A stretch of 62,932 bases of DNA, filler included. It is 5 parts of 5 records of this genome, joined end to end, with 100 filler letters (N's around TTAATTAATTAA, not from the genome) between each part and the next. Parts side by side here need not be neighbours in the genome. Positions count along the whole stretch, not along the records: positions 43,797 to 62,932 come from SRR31156797_107; 4 more parts are not named here. One strand, 5' to 3'. Shown here in pieces: positions 48,863-57,638 of this stretch (position 1 is its first letter; each line of letters opens with the position of its first letter). The translations under genes and the position numbers were made by a program. The notes beneath the pieces were generated by a model. It searched no databases, was not told where the DNA came from, and saw only the letters and a program-made list of their open reading frames with translations.

Positions 48863-49747
48863 TTAACTTTTGATCCCAAGCCTTTGTTTTGCCTCATCCA
48901 CCGTGGCGATTTCCCGGCCCAGTTCACGGGCGATCCTGGCCATCCGCTCCACCAGTTGCGCATTGCTCTTGACCAATTCCCCTTTGCGGTAATAGATATT
49001 GTCTTCCATACCGGTCCGGATATTGGCCCCCTGGCACATGGCCATGATGGTGGAAGGCAACTGTTGCTTGCTGATGGTGATCACCTGCCAGGAAGACCCT
49101 TCCGGTATTACATCCACCATGTTGCTGATCATCTGGGGGCTTGCCGGCATCCCCCCCTTGATGCCCAGAACCAGGCTGTAATGGACAGGCTCCTTTAAAG
49201 CCCCCTGTCGAACCATCTCCTTTACATTCTCAATATGGCTGATGTCATAGCATTCGCATTCGACTGCAATATCCCTCTCATTGCACCTTTTGATAAATTC
49301 CATGTTCCATCTCAGGGGATTGTAAAAGGTCGTATCCGGAACATACCCGAACTGGAAGGTGCCGCAGTTGATGGTGAGCATATCCGGTTTGGGGGTGATG
49401 GTGGTCAATGCCATCCTTTCATCCTGGGTGGCCACCTCGAAAGTGCCGTCCTCCCGGTAAATACCTCCGATACCGTTGCCGATCTGCGTAATGATCGGGC
49501 ATTTGGCATTCACCGCGCTGATGACTTCATTGTAAACGTTCAAATCTCCGGTTGTTCTTCCCAGTTTATCGCGCACATGGATGTGGTGAACAGCGGCCCC
49601 GGCGTTGTAGCAGTCGTAGGCGTCCTGAGCAATTTCATCCGGCTGCTCCGGCAGGTTGGGGTTGACGCTTTTATCATGAAGCCCCCCCGTGGTAGCCACC
49701 GTAATGATCAGTTTTTCCATTCTGTCGATTTCGAGCGTTACTTTCAT
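48863..49747 (-). CDS. Beta-keto acid cleavage enzyme (DUF849/BKACE, Kce-like), copy 1
   Basis: IITVATTG..PNLPEQPDEI..AGAAVHHIHVRD..RTGMEDN..SNAQLVER. Confidence 0.92.
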   Translation of the reverse strand: MKVTLEIDRMEKLIITVATTGGLHDKSVNPNLPEQPDEIAQDAYDCYNAGAAVHHIHVRDKLGRTTGDLNVYNEVISAVNAKCPIITQIGNGIGGIYREDGTFEVATQDERMALTTITPKPDMLTINCGTFQFGYVPDTTFYNPLRWNMEFIKRCNERDIAVECECYDISHIENVKEMVRQGALKEPVHYSLVLGIKGGMPASPQMISNMVDVIPEGSSWQVITISKQQLPSTIMAMCQGANIRTGMEDNIYYRKGELVKSNAQLVERMARIARELGREIATVDEAKQRLGIKS

Positions 49748-49830
49748 TTGCAATTCTCCTTCCATTCCGGGTTGTAGCGAAATACTGTTTCCAAAAATAG
49801 ATATTTGCGACGGGTTTGCCCGACGTGTCA

Positions 49831-51738
49831 TCAATGGGTTTCAGGTACAGCCTTCAAACCCACATGTTTCCCAATAAAAATCCAAATAAGACCAAAAGCG
49901 CAGACCCCTAAAAACGCCAGCAACAAGTAATTTTCATGACAAATCAAATATGCCGTTCCCAAAGCGCCTGAAATGAAGGCCCCTAAACGCTCCACAGGAT
50001 TGAGTGGTCGGCGGAAATGCCCCACCAATCCGATGCCCAAAACCACTTGCACCAGAAACGTCAGGCAGAGGATCCAGAGACCGGTTCCAGAAATATGTGG
50101 GAATTCAAGGAGCTCGGGATTATAAACAAACACGAACGGCGTGATAAATGTGGGCCCCACAATTTTCATGGCTTCCGTACTTGTCTTGAAAAAGCTGCCC
50201 CCGGATATTTTGCAGGCAGCCAGACACCCCAGGGCCACGGGGGGGGATACGGTTGAAAAAATGGCGAAATAAAACACGAAAAAATGTGCAATCAACGCGG
50301 GGATACCCAGTTCCTGGAGAAAAGGCCCCACAGTGAGTGCCACCAGGAGATATGCCACCGGCGTGGGCAGACCCATGCCGGCGATGATGCAGATGATCAT
50401 GGTGATAACCAGGAGCAGAAAGATATTACTGGGGAGCACCATGCCGAAGTAAGTGCCCAGATTTGTAGCGATCTGGGTAATGCCGATCACCTGGGCAAAG
50501 CCGCCCACCCCGATGCCCAGCAGACTCAACAGGACCACCAGCCGAAGCCCTTCTCGTATATGGCCCGCCATTTCGCGGAGTTTAGGGCGGTATTTTTTTC
50601 CCTGGAACAGTGAGAGCACAAGGACCATCGGAATGCCGATAAGACCTGCCAGGGACGGACTGTAATAGAGCAGAAGAAGGGTCAGAACCAGACCGAAGGG
50701 GAGCAGAAAGGTGGGCAGCAGCCGGATGATGAGACGCCAGTCCACCTCCTCTTTCAGATAACCGATATTCTGAATTCTTGATGCCATCAAAATGGCGATG
50801 GTCGTGGTGGCGATATAGAGCACAGCCGGATAAACGGCGTTAAGAGCAACATCAATGTAAGGGATGTTGAGAACCGCCGCAATCATAAAGGCCGCCAGAC
50901 CCAGGATCGGAGGAACCAGTTGCCCGGATGTTGAGGAAATGGTTTCGATGGCTCCTGCCGTGGATTTTTTGAAGCCGTATTTGATCATCATGGGGATGGT
51001 GAGCTGTCCCGTGAGGGCGATGTTGGCGACCGCCTGTCCCATGACGGCTCCCACCGCCGTGCTCCCCATGATGGCCGGAAAGGCGGCCCCGCCTCTGACA
51101 TTTTTTCCAAAGGCTTTGCCAAGCTCCATCAAGAGAGAAAGCAGTCCCACCCCCAGCAGAAAGGTCGCAAAGAGTACCAAAAAATAAATCTTATCCGTCA
51201 GCAGGCCGATGAACCTGAAAAAGCCTTCCGTGGCATTCATCCCCAGATAGCTGATCACAAAGGAGGTACTGTACGGGGGATGCGCCAGAATCTTGATGGG
51301 TATTAAGTGGCCCCAGAGGAAGTATGAGATGGAAACCCCGATGATGGCGCCGAAGAGCCAGCCCCAGTGGACGGTAATGAGAAAAACGATGATGCCCACG
51401 AGAAGCCATCCAATGAATATGTCCAGATCCGTAATAAAAGGCTGCACCATTTGAAGTCTGTCGGCATTGACGGCGATATAGACGGTAACGCAAATGGAAA
51501 CGGCCAGCACGACCCAGGCCAAAAGGATTCTGAATGCACCGCCCAAAGAGGGCCCTGCCTCTCTTTTTTTCACGGAATTTCCGAGATGATCCACCGCGCT
51601 GATGACCACCACAAATGCCAGAAAGGTGGCGTAAAATATGGAAACGTCCTGAAAAAGATACAGCACGGAAATCCCCACATACACGGTGAGTACGATGGTC
51701 ATCACCAAAGAGATTTTTTCCAGCATGGCGGACATCAT
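49831..51738 (-). CDS. TAXI-type TRAP fused permease (4TM/12TM)
   Basis: GAIETISSTSGQLVPPILG; GMGLPT..AY; HFFVFYF..VSPPVA. Confidence 0.9.
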   Translation of the reverse strand: MMSAMLEKISLVMTIVLTVYVGISVLYLFQDVSIFYATFLAFVVVISAVDHLGNSVKKREAGPSLGGAFRILLAWVVLAVSICVTVYIAVNADRLQMVQPFITDLDIFIGWLLVGIIVFLITVHWGWLFGAIIGVSISYFLWGHLIPIKILAHPPYSTSFVISYLGMNATEGFFRFIGLLTDKIYFLVLFATFLLGVGLLSLLMELGKAFGKNVRGGAAFPAIMGSTAVGAVMGQAVANIALTGQLTIPMMIKYGFKKSTAGAIETISSTSGQLVPPILGLAAFMIAAVLNIPYIDVALNAVYPAVLYIATTTIAILMASRIQNIGYLKEEVDWRLIIRLLPTFLLPFGLVLTLLLLYYSPSLAGLIGIPMVLVLSLFQGKKYRPKLREMAGHIREGLRLVVLLSLLGIGVGGFAQVIGITQIATNLGTYFGMVLPSNIFLLLVITMIICIIAGMGLPTPVAYLLVALTVGPFLQELGIPALIAHFFVFYFAIFSTVSPPVALGCLAACKISGGSFFKTSTEAMKIVGPTFITPFVFVYNPELLEFPHISGTGLWILCLTFLVQVVLGIGLVGHFRRPLNPVERLGAFISGALGTAYLICHENYLLLAFLGVCAFGLIWIFIGKHVGLKAVPETH

Positions 51739-51852
51739 GCATTTCCTTTCGAACGGCTTTAAAAAAAAACTTTTAGAACCGAGTGTTGATCGGTTGAATC
51801 CCCAACTGATTCCAAACCTCCATCCCCCAGGATTCAATCAATGGTCATCCGC

Positions 51853-52947
51853 CTATTTCGGCATAATGAAAGGGGGGTAATCCTTTCGTTTGTCCCATAC
51901 GCCCAATTCCTTGAGGGCGCGGATAGCGCCGGGATGGGCATTTTCCTCGGTCAGACCGGATACCATCCCATCCAGATTCCAAACATATTTCCATACGGCA
52001 TGGTATTCCCTGATCTGGGGGACCGTCTTGGCCACCGCCATCACGTATCGATAGGCAAGGTCTTCCGGGAGACTTGGATGACAGGCAACAAAAACACGAT
52101 CGGCCCCTACGGTCAATTCGCCTGCCTGGTCTTTCAAACTACCCGCCGGAATCTTTTCCGCCTGGTACGTGGTGCCGTATTTCCCATTGATCTTCTCGAT
52201 GGCCCATGGATCAATGGAGATATAGTGCAACTTCCGGCCCGAAGCCTTGAGCTTGAGGTATACACTGGATGGAAGCCATTTTTTTGCGCCAGGCGCATTC
52301 CCCGCCACCATCCCCATACAAATGGCATCCACCTTCCCATCCAGAAGCGAGTCCGTCATTTTAGCGGGCCCAAGATAGAACAGCTTACTGTTCTTACGGT
52401 TGATGCCGTAGGCCACATTCAGGAACAGGGTCGCGTCCATGCCCCAATCCGACTGGGTTCTCAGCCCCAGGCCCACCTTCTTACCTTTAAGATCGGCAAT
52501 GGTTTTTATGGAAGGATCAAAGGTGATGTACCACATTCCCTGGGACGCGATTCCCTCGGACCAGAGCATTTTCCAGGCAATGGGAATCTTTACGGGCAAA
52601 AATTCCTTGAGCTCGGGCGTACCGCCGGCCACATAAGCCAGGGTAATGATGGTTTCTTCGGTGCCGAACACCGTATTCTTCCACCTTGCCTTGTTTTGCC
52701 CCATTTCCCTGATATTGTATAGGAAACCAGGCGTTTCCTGAGGCCTCAAAATAAACCCCCATTGATCGGCCTTTGCAATAAAATTGCCAAGGATGGTAAA
52801 CGCCATAAGGCTGCCATGGCCCATGGGTGCCTCCAGTTGGGTCAGAACATCCAGTTTTGGACCGGCGGTTGTTGTTCCCGGAAACATTGAAAGGCAAAAA
52901 AAGCCGAACAACAAAAAAGCCCCCATTTTTTTCATCCTGGAAATCAT
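51853..52947 (-). CDS. TAXI-family TRAP solute-binding protein
   Basis: Signal peptide; QETPG..NI; IKTIADLKGKKV; LLDGKVDA; HPGAIRALKELG. Confidence 0.88.
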   Translation of the reverse strand: MISRMKKMGAFLLFGFFCLSMFPGTTTAGPKLDVLTQLEAPMGHGSLMAFTILGNFIAKADQWGFILRPQETPGFLYNIREMGQNKARWKNTVFGTEETIITLAYVAGGTPELKEFLPVKIPIAWKMLWSEGIASQGMWYITFDPSIKTIADLKGKKVGLGLRTQSDWGMDATLFLNVAYGINRKNSKLFYLGPAKMTDSLLDGKVDAICMGMVAGNAPGAKKWLPSSVYLKLKASGRKLHYISIDPWAIEKINGKYGTTYQAEKIPAGSLKDQAGELTVGADRVFVACHPSLPEDLAYRYVMAVAKTVPQIREYHAVWKYVWNLDGMVSGLTEENAHPGAIRALKELGVWDKRKDYPPFIMPK

Positions 52948-53038
52948 GTCATCTCCTCCTAGTTTATCAGACGGTGGTTTGAGTTTGTTGGTCAATCTAT
53001 TCCTGAATTCCGGATCTTCCGGGCAGAACCCCGGTCTT

Positions 53039-53875
53039 TTACACCTCCTTCCTCTTCGCTAAATCCAAAATAACCCTGGCCTCATGGGGTGAAGCGATTT
53101 CCCGGCCGTATTCCTTAGCGATTCGAACGATACGTTCCACAAACTGGGCATTGCTCCTGGCCAGGATGCCCCGTTCGTAATACAGGTTGTCCTCCATGCC
53201 GAGCCTTATGTGCCCGCCCATGATAAGGGCCATCATGGACATGGGCAGGTGGAATCGGCCCATGCCGGTCACGGACCAGATGCTCCCTTCCGGTATCATT
53301 TCGGTCAGGTGCAGCAGGGATTTGGGCGTTGCCACGGCGCCGGAGGGCGTGCCCAGCACAAACTGGAAATATAGGGGGTCTGCTAATTTTCCCGCGGTTT
53401 TCATGGCAAGGGCGGTGGTGATCATACCCGAGTCGAAGACCTCTATTTCCGGCTTTACCGAAAGTCGTTCCATTTCGCGAGCGGCCAGATCCAGGAAATC
53501 CGGAGGATTGATGAAAACCCCGCCCCCCAGATTGATGGAACCGGCGTCAAAGGAAGCCATATCAGGCTTCAGTTCCAGAGACTTGAGACGGTCTTCCATG
53601 GGAAGATTCCTGCCGGCGATGCCGCTTGTGGTGAGGTTTACGATCACATCGGTCTTCTCCCGCAACGGTTCCACCACCTGTCTGAAAAGTTCCGGGTCCT
53701 GGGCCCCCAGGCCCGTCTCGGGATCCCGAACATGAATGTGCACCACGGCGGCCCCCGCCCTCCAGCATTCGATGGAAGACTGGACGATCTCTTCCGGCGT
53801 GTAGGGGATGTACGGGGCAATATCCCGCAGATTCCGGCTTCCGGTAATGGCGGCGTTAATGATTAATTTTTTCAT
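53039..53875 (-). CDS. Beta-keto acid cleavage enzyme (DUF849/BKACE), copy 2
   Basis: IINAAITG..IPYTPEEI..AGAAVVHIHVRD..KPEIEVFD..RLGMEDN. Confidence 0.92.
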   Translation of the reverse strand: MKKLIINAAITGSRNLRDIAPYIPYTPEEIVQSSIECWRAGAAVVHIHVRDPETGLGAQDPELFRQVVEPLREKTDVIVNLTTSGIAGRNLPMEDRLKSLELKPDMASFDAGSINLGGGVFINPPDFLDLAAREMERLSVKPEIEVFDSGMITTALAMKTAGKLADPLYFQFVLGTPSGAVATPKSLLHLTEMIPEGSIWSVTGMGRFHLPMSMMALIMGGHIRLGMEDNLYYERGILARSNAQFVERIVRIAKEYGREIASPHEARVILDLAKRKEV

Positions 53876-53935
53876 ATGTGGTCCCATCCCTTATCGAGGC
53901 CCCCTGAATGGGGTTGCCCTATTTTTTGTTTCGGC

Positions 53936-55381
53936 TCATCGCAATTCAAGGAAAAAATCGTCTTTTTGGATCTGAACCCTTGCCCCGTCTTTCCGCCCGG
54001 AAAGCTCCCGGATCAACGAGAGGATCGGCTTGTCTCCCCTGGGATAATCGTATTTTCCGGGCCCGGCAGCCAATACGTCATTTAACGCTTCCTGGTTGGA
54101 ACTCAATACCCTGAGAAGAAAGTCCTCATCGGAAAGGTCACTTCCAAATTCCCGGCGTAGCGCTTCAATGGATTTTTGAGGGGGTTCCCAATGCTCCAAT
54201 TCCTTTGCGCGGGGCATTTTCAGGATTTTATCCAGAACCGATTTTTCCACGGGCGCCGCCAGTTCGCCGTAGTGACCCAGAACATACTTGATGATCTCGT
54301 CGGTGACAATCCCGTACCGTTCTCCCCCGGTCTGGTTCAATATGGCCTGGGCCCCGATGTACTGGGAAAGGGGGGTCACCATAATGGGGAATCCCAACTC
54401 CTTTCGAATTTGAGCGATTTCCCCGAGCAGGGCATTCAGTTTGCCTTCAAGTCCCCTTCGGGTCAGCTCCGCCCTGTAGTTGCTCATCATACCGCCGGGA
54501 ACCTGATGCTCATATTGAAAAAGATCGTATTCCACGGGCGTGCCCTTGGGAAACCCCTCTCTTTGGGCGATATACCGAAAATGTTCGCTCATGTTTTTCA
54601 ACGCCTTTTCATCCATGTCGCTTGAAAACCCCATATGTCCAAGATTTTTAAGGATGTTTTCCGCGGACGGCTGGGACGGGCCGTTGGCCAGAGGGGAAAC
54701 CGCGGTGTGTACAATGGTGACGCCGAGCTTTACGGCTTCCAGATAGCAGATGGGGGATAGTCCGGTGGTGCAGTGGCCATGAATTTCAAGGGGGATCCCA
54801 TCAATTTTTTTGAGGACGGCCGGAACCAGGGTGCGGGTCCGCTCGGGGGTCAGCAGACCATCCACATCTTTGATGAAGATTCTGTCAGCCCCGGCCAATG
54901 CCATCTGTTTCGCTTTTTTTGCATAGTATTCGTCCGTATGGACCGGGCTGTAGGAGTAGATCAAGGCCACCATGGTGGTCAGACCAGCTGATTTCGACCA
55001 ATTGATGGCTTTTTTAATTTCTGCCATATCATGGCACGGATCATTGATCCGGATCAGTCCGGCCCCTGCTTTCGCCACGGTTTTGGCCCAGAATTCCGTC
55101 ACGGAATCGGGGATGTTTCCAAAATTCCGGAGCACGCCCCCCACGATAAGGGGTGTATTGGGCATGGCTTCGGACATGAGATGCAACCGTTCCCAGGGGT
55201 TTTCCCCCTGGTTTCGGATACACCAGTCCATGCTGATGAGAGCCATGAAGTCAAGGGCCTCAAATCCCACCTGATCTATGACAGGTGCGATGGGAAGCAT
55301 CATGGCCGTGGTCATTTGCCCATTCCAAAGACTCTGGTGGGCGTCCCTCAGTGTGGTGTCCACAAAGGCGATTTTGTTCAT
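53936..55381 (-). CDS. PycB/OadA-type carboxyltransferase subunit without biotinyl domain
   Basis: DTTLRDAHQSL, ENPWERL, IKDVDGLL, HGHCTTG, HQVPGGM, MVTPLSQ. Confidence 0.9.
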   Translation of the reverse strand: MNKIAFVDTTLRDAHQSLWNGQMTTAMMLPIAPVIDQVGFEALDFMALISMDWCIRNQGENPWERLHLMSEAMPNTPLIVGGVLRNFGNIPDSVTEFWAKTVAKAGAGLIRINDPCHDMAEIKKAINWSKSAGLTTMVALIYSYSPVHTDEYYAKKAKQMALAGADRIFIKDVDGLLTPERTRTLVPAVLKKIDGIPLEIHGHCTTGLSPICYLEAVKLGVTIVHTAVSPLANGPSQPSAENILKNLGHMGFSSDMDEKALKNMSEHFRYIAQREGFPKGTPVEYDLFQYEHQVPGGMMSNYRAELTRRGLEGKLNALLGEIAQIRKELGFPIMVTPLSQYIGAQAILNQTGGERYGIVTDEIIKYVLGHYGELAAPVEKSVLDKILKMPRAKELEHWEPPQKSIEALRREFGSDLSDEDFLLRVLSSNQEALNDVLAAGPGKYDYPRGDKPILSLIRELSGRKDGARVQIQKDDFFLELR

Positions 55382-56745
55382 GAGGTGCCGTCTCCTTGTT
55401 CACATAAGACCGTTTCCAGCCAACGTGTGTTGGTCTGTCCGCTCTTGAAATCGGGATGATTCATAATGCCTGAAAGAAATTCGATGTTGGTATCAATGCC
55501 GGTCACATGGAAATTGGAAAGGGCATGGGTCATCTTGGAGATGGTTTCTTCGCGGGTTTCCCCAACCACAATGAGTTTTCCCAGAAGAGAATCGTAATAG
55601 GGGGGCACAAGGTATCCTTCAAAACCATGGGTGTCCACCCGGATATCTTTTCCTCCGGGAACGACCCATTCCTTGATCCTCCCCGGAGAGGGTCTGAAGT
55701 CAGCCTCGGGGCACTCCGCATTGATACGGCACTCCATGGCATGCCCCGTTACTTGAATGTCGTCTTGATGGAATTGAAACCTTTCGCCGGCAGCCATTCG
55801 GATCTGTTCCGCCACCAGATCCACCCCGGTAATCATTTCCGTGACCGGGTGTTCCACCTGGATGCGCGTGTTCATTTCAAGGAAGTAGAATTTTTCCTCA
55901 TCCAGGTCCAGTACAAATTCAACGGTCCCGGCCGTTTTGTAACCGATGGATTGGGCGATGCGAACGGCGGCGCCGCACATCCGTTCCCTCATTTCCATTG
56001 AAACGGCGGTGGACGGCGCTTCTTCGATCACTTTTTGATAACGACGTTGAAGGGAACAATCCCGTTCAAACAGATGAACACAATGACCGTAACAATCCGC
56101 CATAATCTGCACCTCAATATGCCGGGCATTGGGAATGAAACGTTCCATGTAAAGCCGATCATCCCCAAATGCGGCTCTTGCTTCGGCGGACGCTTCTCTG
56201 AATACGGTTTCCATTTCCTCAGGCTTGTAAACCCTTTTCATCCCTTTTCCACCCCCTCCTGCGGCAGCCTTGAGCAGTATGGGAAATCCGATTTTTTCCG
56301 CCTCACGCCGGCCCTGCGCCAGGTCGGCAATCAATGGGGATCCGGGGATCAAGGGAATATCCAGATCCATGGCGGTATTTCGGGCTACCAGTTTGTCTCC
56401 CATTTGTCGAATGCTGTCGGGAGCGGGACCGATAAATGTCAAGCCGTTTCGGGCGCACCCTTCCCCCAGTTCGGGCTGTTCCGCCAGGAAACCATATCCG
56501 GGATGGATGGCATCGACCTCCGTCCCCAGCGCCGCCATAAGGATGGTATCCACATTCAGATAGCTTTTGAGGGGTTGGGGAGGGCCGATGCAGACGGCTC
56601 CGTCGGTCATTTGGGCCGCCAGGGTATCACGGTCCGCCTCTGACATGGCCAGCACTGTTTCGATTCCCAGTTTCCGGCAGGCCTTGATGATACGGACCGC
56701 GATTTCACCCCGATTGGCCACCAGAACCCGTGATATGGCTGCCAT
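55378..56745 (-). CDS. accC: Biotin carboxylase
   Basis: LVANRGEIA, HPGYGFLAE, GGGGKGM, RDCSLQRR.QK, FLEMNTRIQVEH. Confidence 0.95.
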   Translation of the reverse strand: MAAISRVLVANRGEIAVRIIKACRKLGIETVLAMSEADRDTLAAQMTDGAVCIGPPQPLKSYLNVDTILMAALGTEVDAIHPGYGFLAEQPELGEGCARNGLTFIGPAPDSIRQMGDKLVARNTAMDLDIPLIPGSPLIADLAQGRREAEKIGFPILLKAAAGGGGKGMKRVYKPEEMETVFREASAEARAAFGDDRLYMERFIPNARHIEVQIMADCYGHCVHLFERDCSLQRRYQKVIEEAPSTAVSMEMRERMCGAAVRIAQSIGYKTAGTVEFVLDLDEEKFYFLEMNTRIQVEHPVTEMITGVDLVAEQIRMAAGERFQFHQDDIQVTGHAMECRINAECPEADFRPSPGRIKEWVVPGGKDIRVDTHGFEGYLVPPYYDSLLGKLIVVGETREETISKMTHALSNFHVTGIDTNIEFLSGIMNHPDFKSGQTNTRWLETVLCEQGDGTS

Positions 56746-56750
56746 GGTTT

Positions 56751-57278
56751 TCAGCGCGCCTCCTTATCCGTTGGTTCAATCAGGAAAAGAACCTGGTTGT
56801 ACTCCACCAGTTGGCCATCGTCCGCGCAAATTCTGGCGATGCGGCCCCGTATACCCGCATGGATGGTGCTGAAAAGCTTCATCACTTCTATGATGCAGAC
56901 CGTGGTATCCTCGTCGACAATCTGATCCGGCTCCACAAAAGAAGGGTCCCCCGGTTTGGGAGACCTGTAGAAGGTGCCCAGCATGGGGGACCGGATGGGA
57001 ATAAGCCCTTCTATTTCAGTTACTACATCCTTAATGCCGTCATCTTTTTTTAGAACGTCATTTTCCGGGGGAAGGTCGCGCTGAACCGTTTTTTCGCCGT
57101 TTTTGGGCACGGCGGTTTGTGCCGGGGTCCATAAATCCGGTTCGCCCTCTGAAAGGTCGGAAATACCTCGTTTGTTCACAACGAGCTTGAGTTCACCCAT
57201 TTCGAGATGAAGCTGCTCATAGTGAGACTCATCCATGATTTTTAAAATCCGTAGAACATCTTCCTGAGTTAAATCCAT
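56751..57278 (-). CDS. accB: Biotin carboxyl carrier protein
   Basis: SPMLGTFYRSP..CIIEVMKL (biotinylated Lys); ATG 57278 lies downstream of the sigma54 promoter. Confidence 0.92.
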   Translation of the reverse strand: MDLTQEDVLRILKIMDESHYEQLHLEMGELKLVVNKRGISDLSEGEPDLWTPAQTAVPKNGEKTVQRDLPPENDVLKKDDGIKDVVTEIEGLIPIRSPMLGTFYRSPKPGDPSFVEPDQIVDEDTTVCIIEVMKLFSTIHAGIRGRIARICADDGQLVEYNQVLFLIEPTDKEAR

Positions 57279-57356
57279 AATTATCACCTGAAATCCATGT
57301 TGGTTGTAAACCCGAAATTGCGCTGTGGCTGGTGCAAAGCCAGATGCCATTCCAAC

Positions 57357-57372
57357 AGCAAGGAGTGTGCCA
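57357..57372 (-). promoter_or_regulatory. sigma54 -24/-12 promoter of the catabolic operon
   Basis: TGGCACACTCCTTGCT, GG-N10-GC. Confidence 0.85.
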
Positions 57373-57434
57373 TACATATAAAATAAAATGATTTCAGATG
57401 GTTGTTGAAAAATTATAAAAACGGTCATGGGAAA

Positions 57435-57604
57435 TGTCCTTTTTTTGGACATATTTCATGGAAAAGAGTGCTCAAACTTTGGACACCGGTCCATTTGATA
57501 GGTTGTTTCATACCCTATTTACCCCTAACCGGACCGTATGACGGTTTAAAACGCCCCTGCTTTGTTTGACACATGCCCAGGGAATGGTGTACAAATGTTG
57601 GACA
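57435..57604. promoter_or_regulatory. Three 17-bp activator sites, consensus TGTCCA-N5-TGGACA
   Basis: TGTCCTTTTTTTGGACA 57435-57451; TGCTCAAACTTTGGACA 57469-57485; TGTACAAATGTTGGACA 57588-57604. Confidence 0.75.
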
Positions 57605-57638
57605 GCGCATGGAAAAGGGGTTACCCGGGAGAATTATC

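Noticed and set aside
48863-53875. Lysine fermentation (kce) operon
   Set aside because: No kamA, kamDE, kdd or kal genes in the operon
53936-57278. Na-pumping oxaloacetate decarboxylase or acetyl-CoA carboxylase
   Set aside because: No oadB/oadG and no accA/accD; a biotin carboxylase is present, which decarboxylase pumps lack
57333-57349. Second sigma54 promoter TGGCATCTGGCTTTGCA
   Set aside because: GG-GC spacing is 11 nt rather than the required 10
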